Source: a virus (taxonomy: Duplodnaviria; Caudoviricetes). From it: DNA of 64,000 nucleotides. Below the pieces are notes generated by a model. The model ran no database searches and was not told the DNA's origin. It worked only from the letters and a program-made list of their open reading frames with translations. Every line of letters begins with the position of its first letter. Within the stretch, counting starts at the first letter, position 1. A program made the position numbers and the translations under genes. This document shows, one piece after another, positions 26,783 to 38,600 of the stretch. The stretch lies in the IMG/VR virus record IMGVR_UViG_3300031760_000034, positions 1-64,000 of that record. The stretch is one strand, 5' to 3'.

Positions 26783-27829
26783 ATGTATAGTACTAAAACA
26801 GCTATTACAATGACAATGAGTCTCAAAGACTTGTTGGAGAAGCTGAGCGATTATGACATTTATAGCTATTATCTAGGTTCATTTAAACCTGGAAAGCTTA
26901 TAAATAGTCCTTTGAGACCAGATGATAAGATACCTAGTTTTGCTATATTTCCTAGTAAGACTGGAGATCTGTTATTTAAGGATCATGGGACAGGAGAAGC
27001 AGGTAATGCTTTGAAATTTATAAAACTATACAAAGGAATTAATACACGAGAAGAGCTTGAACAAGAGCTGTTACGCATCGTCCGAAAAATGAACCCAATG
27101 GGCGGTAAGGCGAGAGCTACAGCCGTAAAAACGGTGGGTTTGGGGCTGACAGATATTGGAATAGTTCGTCAACCATTTACTGAAGTAGATAAGCAATACT
27201 GGAAGCAATTCCATATTTCTATAGATACTCTAAAAAGGTTTAATGTGTTTAGCATAAAGTATTTCTTGTGCAATAGTATTGTACGAGGAGTATATAAAGA
27301 AGACAATCCAATGTATGCTTATAAAGTGTATGATAAATTTAAGATTTATCGTCCTTTAGCAAGTAAGTATACTAAATGGAGAACTAATCTCACAGTAAGA
27401 CATGTGCAGGGATTAGAGCAGCTTCAGCCTGATGGAGGAGATTTGCTTATAATAACTAAGTCGTTGAAAGACGTAATGTGTCTACATGAGATGGGATTCC
27501 ATGCAATTGCTTCTGCAAGTGAAACTACATTTATACCTGAGGATATACTAAATGATTTAAAGAGTAAGTGGGATAATATTATCATTCTATATGATAGAGA
27601 TACTGCAGGAATGCAGAATGCTCGTCAGTATAGTAAACAATATAGCTTAGATGCTATCTTCGTTCATAAGAAGTTTAAGGCAAAGGACGTATCCGATGCT
27701 GTTAAAGCTAACGGATTCGTTGTTGTCAAGAATTGGTTAACTAAAACAGTAGAAAGATATGATAAATTGTATAATAGGATCCCTGTTGGGGACATTGATT
27801 GGCCTAGTAGGAAGTCTCTGTATTCTTGA
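26783..27829 (+). CDS. dnaG: DnaG-like primase
   Basis: SPLRPDDKIPSF N-terminal domain, FKDHGTG, TOPRIM ITKSLKD and YDRD, KAKDVSD. Confidence 0.92.
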   Translation: MYSTKTAITMTMSLKDLLEKLSDYDIYSYYLGSFKPGKLINSPLRPDDKIPSFAIFPSKTGDLLFKDHGTGEAGNALKFIKLYKGINTREELEQELLRIVRKMNPMGGKARATAVKTVGLGLTDIGIVRQPFTEVDKQYWKQFHISIDTLKRFNVFSIKYFLCNSIVRGVYKEDNPMYAYKVYDKFKIYRPLASKYTKWRTNLTVRHVQGLEQLQPDGGDLLIITKSLKDVMCLHEMGFHAIASASETTFIPEDILNDLKSKWDNIIILYDRDTAGMQNARQYSKQYSLDAIFVHKKFKAKDVSDAVKANGFVVVKNWLTKTVERYDKLYNRIPVGDIDWPSRKSLYS

Positions 27830-27917
27830 TTATATGTATAATAAGAATATAAAGAAAATCAAACAGCTGATTGAGGACGCAAACACTTTTAAGATAACAC
27901 TTAAAAATGAAATCTAA
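27759..27917 (+). CDS. Small single-TM protein overlapping the primase end
   Basis: MINCIIGSLLGTLIGLVGSLCIL..., 52 aa, ATG 27759 to TAA; fills the gap to 27907. Confidence 0.45.
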   Translation: MINCIIGSLLGTLIGLVGSLCILDYMYNKNIKKIKQLIEDANTFKITLKNEI

Positions 27918-28281
27918 AGGCAGAGTAAAGAATGCGACGAAGGTCGATGCGTATGGACTACATTTCCGTAGTAAACTCGAACTCTATACGTATGAAGCTT
28001 TTATGAAAGCAGGGATACCTGTTAAATATGAGCCAAAGCATTTTACTCTTCTACCAAAGTTCGAATTTTTAGGCGAAAAAATAAGACCTATCACATATCT
28101 ACCAGACTTCGTTGGACGAGGTTTTATAGTAGAATGCAAAGGTCTTATGGGGGATTCGTTCCCTCTACGCTGGAAACTCTTTAAGTATTATTTACACAAA
28201 CATCACGCTAAAACAAAACTGTATCTGGTACGTAACCAGAAACAGGTTAACGAGATGATTGAAGAACTTAAGAACAGATGA
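27907..28281 (+). CDS. PD-(D/E)xK endonuclease (DUF1064-like)
   Basis: FRSKLE, YEP, ITYLPDF, VECKG. Confidence 0.85.
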   Translation: MKSKGRVKNATKVDAYGLHFRSKLELYTYEAFMKAGIPVKYEPKHFTLLPKFEFLGEKIRPITYLPDFVGRGFIVECKGLMGDSFPLRWKLFKYYLHKHHAKTKLYLVRNQKQVNEMIEELKNR

Positions 28282-28526
28282 GTTTAGAAGAAGCAAACAA
28301 GATAGTAACCATGAGTATATCTTATGATCCTAACGGATGGTATTGGGTAATAGATACTCATACTCCATATGGTAAGATTATAGGATATAATAAGCACGAT
28401 GACCCAAGTGTTGCAGAATTGGAACTCGAAGGGTTTCTTAGATATTTTACTAAGAACGTGCTTAAGAATGGTGATACTATACGAGCATATGTTGAGAAAC
28501 ATAAACCAAAGAAAGATGGAGATTAA
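28278..28526 (+). CDS. Hypothetical protein, 82 aa
   Basis: ATGA overlap with the upstream gene. Confidence 0.6.
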   Translation: MSLEEANKIVTMSISYDPNGWYWVIDTHTPYGKIIGYNKHDDPSVAELELEGFLRYFTKNVLKNGDTIRAYVEKHKPKKDGD

Positions 28527-29505
28527 AATTCCATATTACGAGGACTTAACTCGTATTTCAAACAGTAACATAGGCTGGTTTCTACAGAAGGGACCAGCCT
28601 ATTTACATAAGATGTTAACTAACCCTCCTCCAGAGGAGAAGAATTATGTTCTAGAGCGTGGAACCTTAATCCATGAATACTTACTTCAGCCTGAAGAGTT
28701 CCAAAAAGACTATGTAGTCTGGGACAAAAGTAGACCTACTTCTGCACAGCAGGAGAAGTTCTGTCAGGCACTAGCATCCACGCTTGAAATAGAGCCTAAT
28801 AGAGCCATTCTAAGCGCCTATAAAGAAGCGTATAGTATAGCAGGAAAGTCGGAAGACAAAATGCTGTCAGAAGGCCTTAAAATAGCCTCTACGTTGAAGG
28901 ATTACATAGACTTCCTGAAAGCAAATGATGGGAGAACTATGATTAGTCCTTATGAGTACCAAATGCTTGAGAAAATTAAGCAGAACGTACAGTCCCACAA
29001 GCTTGCTTGGCATATAATAGATGCACCGTTAAGAGCAGCTGAACTGTGTGATTACGAAGCACATCATGAATTCCATATAAACTGGGAATGGAGAGGTGTA
29101 CAATGTAAATCTCTACTCGATGGTCTTACTCTTGATTTTAAGAATAAGAAAGCTATTATCTATGACTTAAAGACTACACAAAAGTTGTGGCACTTTGAGG
29201 ATAGTATAGACCAGTATGACTACTTAAGACAGCTGTGTTATTATGAACAAGCTGTTGTATGGTATTTAGAGAATGAATGCGGAGAAAATCCTATAACATG
29301 GGACTTTGAATTCTACATTATTGGTATAGATACTACAGGTAGTTATGAGATTCGTACATTTTATATTGATAAACATATGGTTATTTCTAGATTAGCTATT
29401 ATCCAGGATACTCTAGATGCTATTAAATGGCATCAGGCTAACAACAAATGGGAACATAGTAGAGAGTACTATGAAGGTGATGGCTCAGAAACCTTAAACC
29501 TATGA
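28516..29505 (+). CDS. PD-(D/E)xK exonuclease (RecE/ExoVIII-like)
   Basis: ISNSNI, GTLIHEYLL, CKSLLD, YDLKTT, YLRQLCYY; start placed at ATG 28516. Confidence 0.85.
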   Translation: MEIKIPYYEDLTRISNSNIGWFLQKGPAYLHKMLTNPPPEEKNYVLERGTLIHEYLLQPEEFQKDYVVWDKSRPTSAQQEKFCQALASTLEIEPNRAILSAYKEAYSIAGKSEDKMLSEGLKIASTLKDYIDFLKANDGRTMISPYEYQMLEKIKQNVQSHKLAWHIIDAPLRAAELCDYEAHHEFHINWEWRGVQCKSLLDGLTLDFKNKKAIIYDLKTTQKLWHFEDSIDQYDYLRQLCYYEQAVVWYLENECGENPITWDFEFYIIGIDTTGSYEIRTFYIDKHMVISRLAIIQDTLDAIKWHQANNKWEHSREYYEGDGSETLNL

Positions 29506-29987
29506 ATTTTATACACAAATTTATTTTACCACTGTTAAGTGATAAACTTACTCTCGACGATATTTCTATAGATGCAGGTTTTTGTGGATTAGCTACTAAG
29601 GATATAAACAGACCTTATCTAGATAATCATATATTTCTTATATACAGTATAGAAATGAATAATAAAGCCATTGCTGTACGCAAGAAGCTTGCATCTTTAG
29701 ATATATATAATAAAATAGACTGTAAGATAAAGGGGAAGTCTTATAGGATATTCTGTTTTCCTATAATAGGAAAAACAATACCAACCTTAATGTCAAATAT
29801 CATTGGATTGACAGACCATGAGACATTACAGGTTTATAAGTTTTGGAAGTTCACAGATGATGATATAAACAAGAAGATGATAGATATTACATATTGTCCT
29901 CAAATGTTCAAAGAGTCTATGGTTCCAGAATTTGATTATTCCCCAAATATTAAGTTTGACAAAGAAGGGCGAGCACTCATTTGTTGA
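29502..29987 (+). CDS. Hypothetical protein, last gene of the + strand module
   Basis: ATGA overlap; the stop lies inside the terminator hairpin. Confidence 0.75.
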   Translation: MNFIHKFILPLLSDKLTLDDISIDAGFCGLATKDINRPYLDNHIFLIYSIEMNNKAIAVRKKLASLDIYNKIDCKIKGKSYRIFCFPIIGKTIPTLMSNIIGLTDHETLQVYKFWKFTDDDINKKMIDITYCPQMFKESMVPEFDYSPNIKFDKEGRALIC

Positions 29988-30010
29988 GTGTCCGCCCTTT
30001 GTTTGTTTTT
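29965..30010. terminator. Bidirectional terminator between the convergent genome halves
   Basis: AAGGGCG-AGCACTCA-TTTGT-TGAGTG-TC-CGCCCTT with A-rich left and T-rich right flanks. Confidence 0.75.
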
Positions 30011-30043
30011 GTATTAACATGACCAATTCAGATAGAATCATTT

Positions 30044-33000
30044 TCAATACATAGATGAACCTGTTTTCTTTGAGCTTTTCTTACTTGATGAAGATGAGCT
30101 TGAAGAATTGGTTTTTCTGTCTGGTTTTGCCGAAAGTGTGCTTGTAGGAGCAACCTTATTGATATAATAGTTAGAGCTGCTTATATTGCCATAAGGTTCT
30201 GTATTTCTAACTATATTATCCATACCCCATTCAGGCTTGATTACGCCCATGGTCTTCATGAAATCTCTGAACATAACCGATTTACCTTTATAACTCCCGC
30301 TCTAAACTGGTTGCTCATAAGGTGGAGCTTCCTAACTATCCAAACCAAGGACATCCTACTTGAATACATTTATCATATCTCCGAAGAAATCTATTGAATA
30401 ACCTAAGTTATCAATGAATGATTTAGAAATAGCAACACTGTTGACTATATCAAGTGCTGTTAACGGAGATAAGAACGGGATTTGCGCAGAACGTTCAGAA
30501 ATAGCAGCTACATTGATGGCATATAAGAATTCAGATGCCCATTCTTTAGGATATTTAGTAACAAGCATTGACGTGAATATTGTCATAAGACTTGTTAAAG
30601 CAAGCATACCTACAGCAACTGATAATCTACGCAAAGCATATACTTCATTTGTAGTAAACTTTCTACCTTTTATTCCATGAGTATTATAGTCATACTCTAC
30701 TCCACGCATTTTACATTTTAAATGCTTCCAGCAGTTCAAAAGATTACGTATTACAGGAAGTGTACCTAAAGCTGACAACATTCTCCATTGACCACGTTCA
30801 ATAGTACCAGTCTCGAAATTATACTATCCTTCAAATTCTTTGTCTTCTGAAGTAAGATATACTCCGCTCTTCTTAGGTTTAGATTTATAATACCTAATAG
30901 CCTATTTATATTTACCTGGTTGCGATTCTCTAGCGTACTCATTAGAAGGTTGCGCTTGATCTATAGCTTTAGAATATTCTGCAAAGTCATGACCAGCTTT
31001 TAAGTTATCGAAGTTCTATGTCAAGAACCAACCACGCATCTAAAGTACAAGAGCTCCTAAATAGTTTTGGCTAAACGCCGAACCACTAGTAGAATCAAGG
31101 ATACCGTTTACAACAGCACTTCTTTCACGAATAATACCATGCACACGAGTCTCTATTTTACGAGATTCACGTTCTCCTTGTTCGTTTTCGTAACCAACAT
31201 TAGTTGAAACTTTAGGTCTTACCTTATCTCTATACTGATCTACTATTTTAATATTCCCGTCTGGTCCTATTTCGTACGCGTCGTATAAAGTAGTTTTTGC
31301 CTTCTTCCATGCGCGTTTACCTTCCTTCATAGACTGCCCAGCTTTATGATACGCATACATAGCTTGATCTTTAGTCATAAATTTCTCTTCGCCAGTATTA
31401 GGATCTACTACGAGTCTTGTAGCATGATATGTCATTGCAGTAATCCACCCTTTAAATGTGAAATCTACAAGCGTATATTCTCCCATATGGAAGAAACGAC
31501 CAAATACACGTCTTAACCAAGTCTCATTATGTCTACTAAATATTTCAGATATACTATTAGTAGCACCGTTGTATTGCATAAGAGCTACCAGCTTAGATTT
31601 AGCTTTGGTTTTACCTACACTAGCAATAGCTTTGAAGATCTCTCCTCCTACTATCTTATTTCCCCACAAAGCATCTTGTACAGTAAAGTACTTTCCAGCA
31701 AGTATTTCTTGAGTAAGAGTAGATGCGGAATCGTATGCGTTTTTAAGTACTGCTCGCCAGTTATGGCTCATAAGCATAGAGTGAGCTTTAGATGCTAATT
31801 TATCTGTAATAGCTGCCAGTCTACGCTCTGTTTGATTCATTTTACCTCCCTTAAATCCAGTTCTAGTACGCCCATATACATACATCTAAATAAACTTTTT
31901 AAGTCTGTATGCCTGATGCATAAAGTTACCACTCTTGTTTCCTTCTACACCACCTTCTAGTTGAAGTTGAAGAGCTTGGAACATAGGAGCAAGTTTAGAT
32001 TTATTTTGGAAGTTGCAAGCCATTTCGTAGAACATTGCTACAGTACCTATGACATCAGTACACGTCATAGAAGGATCGTCTAAAGGCTGTACCCATCTCT
32101 AAGGAACTGTTTCCACAATAGTGCCATCGGGACGAGTAGTCATTTCCTCATTATACCTAGTATCTCTTTCAGTAAAGTTGAATGTATCAAATCCAAATGT
32201 AGCGGCTACAATACCGTTTCCTATACCGTGACGGAATAGCATATGAGCATCTCTATCGCGCATTTGAGGAAGTCTATATTTATTATTTGGATTAAGATTC
32301 GGCATCATCTTATAAGCTTCTTCCATAGTGTCTATTAGAAGTTTATAAACTTTACCAAGTTCTTTATCAGCTTTACTTGTACCATTTACAAGTTTGTCAT
32401 ATTGAGGATTTTTATATTTGTCTTTAAGCTATAGAGATTCTCCACCTTGTACAAAGTTTCTATTGACCCAAGCAGAATTTAAGTCTATGTCTGTAAACGG
32501 AGAGTTTAACATATCGACAATAGGAGCAATACCGTACTTGTTCTATACGCCTCCAACAGGTCTTATATATTTAAATACACTTAAAGGAACTCTATGACCT
32601 TTTTCGTCTGTATAGTAGTAATCGTCGTAGAATTTTGTAAGTGCGGAAGGATCTGTTTGAGATTGTATAAGAGCTTTATTATATAGAGTACGGAGATATG
32701 TCTCGTTTGTAAGCTATCCGCCTGCGTAAGCCATTACATCGGCACTCTCAAATACATCCTACCATTTCTCTGGACCAGCAATATAATTAGGTTTGCCATA
32801 AGATCTCCAGAAGTCTGCTATTTCTTGATCTATACGTTGTAATTCTTTCCAAGCATCTTTGTTTAATAATTCAAGATGTGGAGTATAGAATCCTTTTTTG
32901 TTCACTGCAGACATTATCTTACGTTTTCTGTTCTGTAGTTCTCTTACTTCTTCTGGCAAATCTTTATGCGGTACTAAATCCTAAAGTTCTGGATTTACTG

Positions 33001-35689
33001 CTTTATACTAATATTGATTATTAAAGTCAATATGTTGAGGACTATTCTAACCGTATTTGTTTATTATATACTACTCGGCTTGATTAAACTTCTGTCTATT
33101 TTGTTTAGTTTTTATAAACTAGCTTTGGAAGTAGTACCAAGCTGACAATTCATTGGCAATATCGAGAGCGTCTCCACTCTTTTCAACTACACTAGTAACG
33201 TTGCCTTGATTATCTTTAGTTATAATATACGGATTAGATAGATCCTGTCGTTCTTGTTGTAACTATTTTAATTGTAACTATTCAAGTCTCGAAAGATCAG
33301 CTACAATAGGAACACCGATATTTGGATCCGTGCATTTATCCAGCAAGGTATGAATTTGCTCGTCTAGTCGCTATACAACAGTTATTGTAGGCTTAGAAAG
33401 GAACTGTAATCTATTTATATAGTAATCTACAGTATATCTCATATTAGCCTCTCCATCCAACCATTTATAGTAATCAGTATAGAAATCTATATACTGTTGT
33501 TTAGTATCAAATACAAACTCTTGGCTTTCTGGATCTATTTTAACATTATGTTTATCTACCAGTTGAGCAAGCTTCTTATCTCTGTTTTTGTTAAACTAAC
33601 CTTTATTATATTCGTTTACAAAGTATCCAGTTGGGAGCCCTTCGTCATCTAACTCACAGAATTGGCGCATAAAGTTCTTTGGTGATAATTTAGTACCAAG
33701 AGAATTCTCTTGCGCGTTTAGAGCCGATTTATAAGCGTCTACGAGGCTATTTCCTTTTACCAAAGCTCTTTGGAATACATCTCTATTTGCTTCTGTAGTA
33801 ATATATTCAACAAGACGGATTATAGGACTAGAAGCAGATACGGCAGGACCGAAGAACTATTCCATAGGATTAGCTTCACCGTTGTTTATTTGGTTCTTTG
33901 CCCACAACATTGCATTAGCTTTAAATCTCTCCTTATCACCTACATCTACAAGATAGTCTGAATATATATCTATCACATGCCTTGTATATTCTTCCAAGAT
34001 GGAATTAAATGCTCCAGATGCAGTTTCTATAGCGCCATCAAGATATCTTAAAAGCTGTGGCAAATTATTATTGTACTGATTAATTTCATTTTTATTACTG
34101 TATAACAAAGGTCTAACATACTGACGCATCACATTGCCGTAATAACCTATTATATCAGTCTTAATATGCATAAAATCAGCAACATCGAGTGACTCTATAG
34201 CAGTTTGTCCACCAGAAAGAATACCATTCAGCTTACTAATGGCTATATTCATATCTTGAGAAGCCCTGTTTACAAAGTCTCCAATGACGCTAATTACATC
34301 AGCTTCCTGATCAGCATTCTTCTTACGAAGATTCTATAGCTAGATCTGAATATTATATATTTCCTAGTTATCTGGTACAGGTCTAGCCTTCTCAGATGCT
34401 AATTTAGCCTCAAGAGTTTCTTCAATCTTGTAGAATGCATCTTTTAGATTTATATCAGACTGAAATACTGTACCACTATATTTTTCGTAATACAATATCT
34501 CTTGTTTGGTATTACTAAGGTCTTCGTTTAATGAGAAATACGTAGATATAAGGTCGAGCATGTTCTGAGAATTATTTCTATTCTCATTCAAAGGCTTACC
34601 TATAACCTCTCGTATCATATTGTTAAACTTATGCCAGAATGATTTAAATGTATCTTTAAGCTTATCTGATAAAGTCCATTTACCATCTACGCTTTGTACA
34701 ATATGATCTACCAATGCTTCTTCTACAGTTCTAGAGTCGCTCTTCTTACCGAACTTCTTCCAACGCTAGTCTACAGCAAGTAGTGCTTCCTATACTACTT
34801 CGCTATCCCAGAACATTCTTATATATCTGTGAGCAAGTTCGTGTATGATAGTAGTAGCATCACCATCCTACATGGATATGTAGATTATACTACACAATGC
34901 GTTAGCTTGACCCTATTCTACAAATGCGCCAGGATGTTTTACTCCGTTTTCATCAGTCCAATCATGCTCACTAAGAGAGTTTACAAAATGTACTCGAAGC
35001 TGCTAGTTCTTATCAGTGCCGTCGTATTTATAGTAATATGTCCCGTCACTAAGATTTACACGCTTTAACTTGAATACTTTAGCTAGATGCTTTTGAGCAG
35101 CGGACATGCATTCGCGTACTTTATTCTCATCCCAAGTCTTTCTAGCGTCGATCTTCATTCCATATATCTCTAGAGCTGAATAATTATGCTCTGCAGTTAA
35201 TACTTCTGCAATATACGAGTTGATGAAATCTTGCCTAGCATCGTGAATAGCAGAATCAATAGCCTGCTGTCTCCAAGGTATATTTTGCTTCTCGAAATCA
35301 GCTAACACCTTAGATACATTAGAATCATTACCAAGTAATTCTTGTATAGAAGAACTGTCACAAGACCCTACAATCATAGAAGCGCTCGGTTCTCCATTAC
35401 GATCTAATGTGCCTGTAGTAAGACCGTCCATAGTCCAGTCACCATTTGCTTCTATAAATTGCGGCATATAAGCAAGAGCCTTTTTTAATACGGCTTGCTT
35501 TTCATTACCACCAGCCTATTGAAGCAGTGTCAAATATAAGTCAGACGTATCTCCTTGCGGAGTGGCGTCTAACGGAAAGCCATTATTCATAGCGAGAAGA
35601 TAGTAGGCAGCATCTTCACTGCCTACTAAATCCGCATATTTTTTTAATAAGGCTTTGTTTTCTTTATCTTTTAAATTTAAACAAACCAT
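30044..35689 (-). CDS. Large virion ejection/polyvalent protein, ~1,881 aa (TAG=Gln)
   Basis: Nine track fragments share one frame and break only at TAG (ends checked). N-terminus MVCLNL...NNGFPLD; HELAH at 34829-34843; ends in TGA. Confidence 0.85.
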
Positions 35690-35690
35690 A

Positions 35691-38600
35691 TTATTTACAT
35701 TGATTTTCTCTTAAGTTTTTACCAAGATTAGCTAATTCCGTTATCTAGTTTTCCTGAGAACCAAATAATTCTAACTATTTAGGTTCGTTTGGATCTTCAG
35801 ACAACTTAAGCTTATTATACTCATTTGTATTATTTAATAACTACCAAACACCATTCTTCCTAAATGCCCTGAAATTAGTTCCATATAATTTGTTAACCTT
35901 TTTTACGTGAGATAATTTTTCTTTACTAGAATACCCAGTACTTTCTACTACGTAAGAATATAAGTGATTATATATACTCTATACAGACCAGCCGTAATAA
36001 TTTCCGTTTATATCTGGTTTATAGTTTTTCTAGTCTTCAAACAAAGGTGTTACTTTTGATACGTAATCTATTCCATTTTCTCCATTAGATATTTCAAATA
36101 CATTATTTTGTAATCCTTGTTTAGAATATATTCTTATGGGAACATTTACAAATTCGTCGTCTATAGTAACGTTTCCGTTGAGAGTAAAGAAGAAAGATTT
36201 TTCAAACACAAACACAGCACCTTTATTGGATTGTGTAAGAGGATGATGCGCTCCTTGTGGAACCTGCAAGCTATCTTCCGCTACATCTTTAGGAAGTTTC
36301 ATAACGGTATCAAAATATTCATCGTCTGTATCTTCAGGAAGTTCTTTTACTATTTCTCCGATAACTCTTCTGTTTTCAAAGTTTACATGGTTACAATCAT
36401 TTAAGGCTTTATGATTCACTTTTATATTATCATTCTCCTTTGCATATCTATCCATCAGTTCCTTATTTGGATTAGTAAGCAAAACAACCAACGCATCTTT
36501 AATAGTTTTCTCTAACGATTTATATTCTTTTGTTATACCAAACAATTGAGCAATTGCAGAAATTAATCGCTGGAATACGTTTTCTCCTTTATGTCTACGG
36601 TCAAAATCTTTTATATGCTCTACAAAAGAAGGTTTTCCAAGTTCTGCGACCATTTCTGCTGGACTAGTATATCCGTATGTATCGTTGTCCTATGTCCAGA
36701 ATGAAAAAGCAGCTTCAATATCTACACCAACCTTTGGCTATCCGTTTTCATAGAAGTGTTGTTTTATAAAATCTTCTTTTAATAGACGATAACACTCTTC
36801 TATTTCTTCAATAGCTATTCTAATCTCCTGTGGTAGTTTATCTCTGTTTGCTGTTTCAAGATAATAAGATGTAGCAGCATGAATGGCTTCGTGTAGCAAA
36901 GTGTTTGTCTACATATATTCTGGATTAGAATTATATAATATTTTATTTTCACTAGCTATAAATCTGCCACTTACGTCCTCATCTAATGTTGCTGCCTCAA
37001 ATACTATATCAGAATTACGTAGAGCATTGAACACAATATCTGTAAGTTTAGATTCAGATGAACCTTCTGGGTATTTAGACTTTAACAAATTGTAAACTTC
37101 GTCTATAGAAGAAGTGTTATTATAATTTAATGTCTCTTTAAACACATTTCTTATAGCTTCTTTACCGGTATCTGTTATTTCTCTAGTACCAATTACAGCT
37201 GCGTGCTGAGTAAGTCTAGGAGTATCTATTGATTTAAATGTAATCAAATCTAACCATTTGTTTGAATTCTAATCAAAGAAATATACAGGAATTCCTCTTT
37301 GTAATGCCCTTTGTACAGCGTATGCAGTTCCGCCATTTACTTGTGGTTTATAAGAATGAACTGATTTTGTAGGATCTGTTGTATTATCTGGTTTAGAATA
37401 ATCTCTAACCATAGTATACGTACCTATAGCAAACACAGCGTCCGCTTTATCTGCCTACATCATATCTCTACGAACGAGTTTTCCTGCGTATGTGTCTTCA
37501 GACAATACATTTCTGTTAATTTCTGCAGCTACTTGTTCATATTCAGCGTTCAATCTATCTTTCCATTCATCAGACAAAGAATCGTAATCGTTTGTAGTAT
37601 ACTCTTTTACCTTTATACCAAACTACCTCGCCATTATAGCCCATTCTGTGTCAGAACCTATCGCACCGCCAGAATAGAATTCAGCAGTAGATGTGTCAAA
37701 TATAAGGTTATCGTTTTGTGCTTCTACAGAAGGTTCATAAGTTCTAGCACCAATCTCTTCAGCTTCTTGTTTATTTTTAGCAGGTTGTTCGATTTCAACA
37801 ACTCCATCTTCTGCTAAATGCACACCGGCTGCGTCTTTCATAAGTTCTGCTAATACTGGGTCTTTTGTAAATGCATTTATCATAGCCATTTCTGTACCTA
37901 CGTTATTAGCAGCACTTAATTTGCCCAAGAATGCCGTCATGATATCAGAAACGCTTCCTCCTTGTATACCCATAGCTTGTTTAGCTATCATCATTGACTC
38001 TGTAAATTGAGCGCTGATTCCAGCTATAGCAGTAGATTCCTATATACTAGCATCGCTTCTACGCATCTCATATACTGTATCGTGCGGGAACTTATTACCT
38101 TTAGGATCAACCATAACGTATATAAGTTTTCCGTTTGTTGTATACGAAAGCTTCTTATATATAGTGTAATTTCTAGGAGAATGAGGATCTGAACAATTTC
38201 TCTTTATCTTGATATATTCCTCGTCTGAGAACTGCTCTATATCTGCATTTTCTTTTATTAACATAATAGGAATTGATACTTCTGGAGCATTTCTACCTTC
38301 GTAGTAATACCTACCAGTATAATATCCTTTTGCCTCAAAGAATACGCCATCTGCTTTTATAGTAGGAATAAACTTATCGTCAAACCAGTTGTTAAGTATA
38401 ATCTCCTCTACGTTTATAGGAAGTTCATCAGTACTGTTTTGATACAACTCAAGCTGATCTTGCATATATTGAGCATAACTATCTTTTGTTGTATCGTTAT
38501 CATAAGAATTAAGCTTCCATGAGTTAGGTATATACTTAAATAAGTTGTTGCCAGAATTACCTCCAGATGTTATATATGCATACATAATAAGGTCTCTTGC

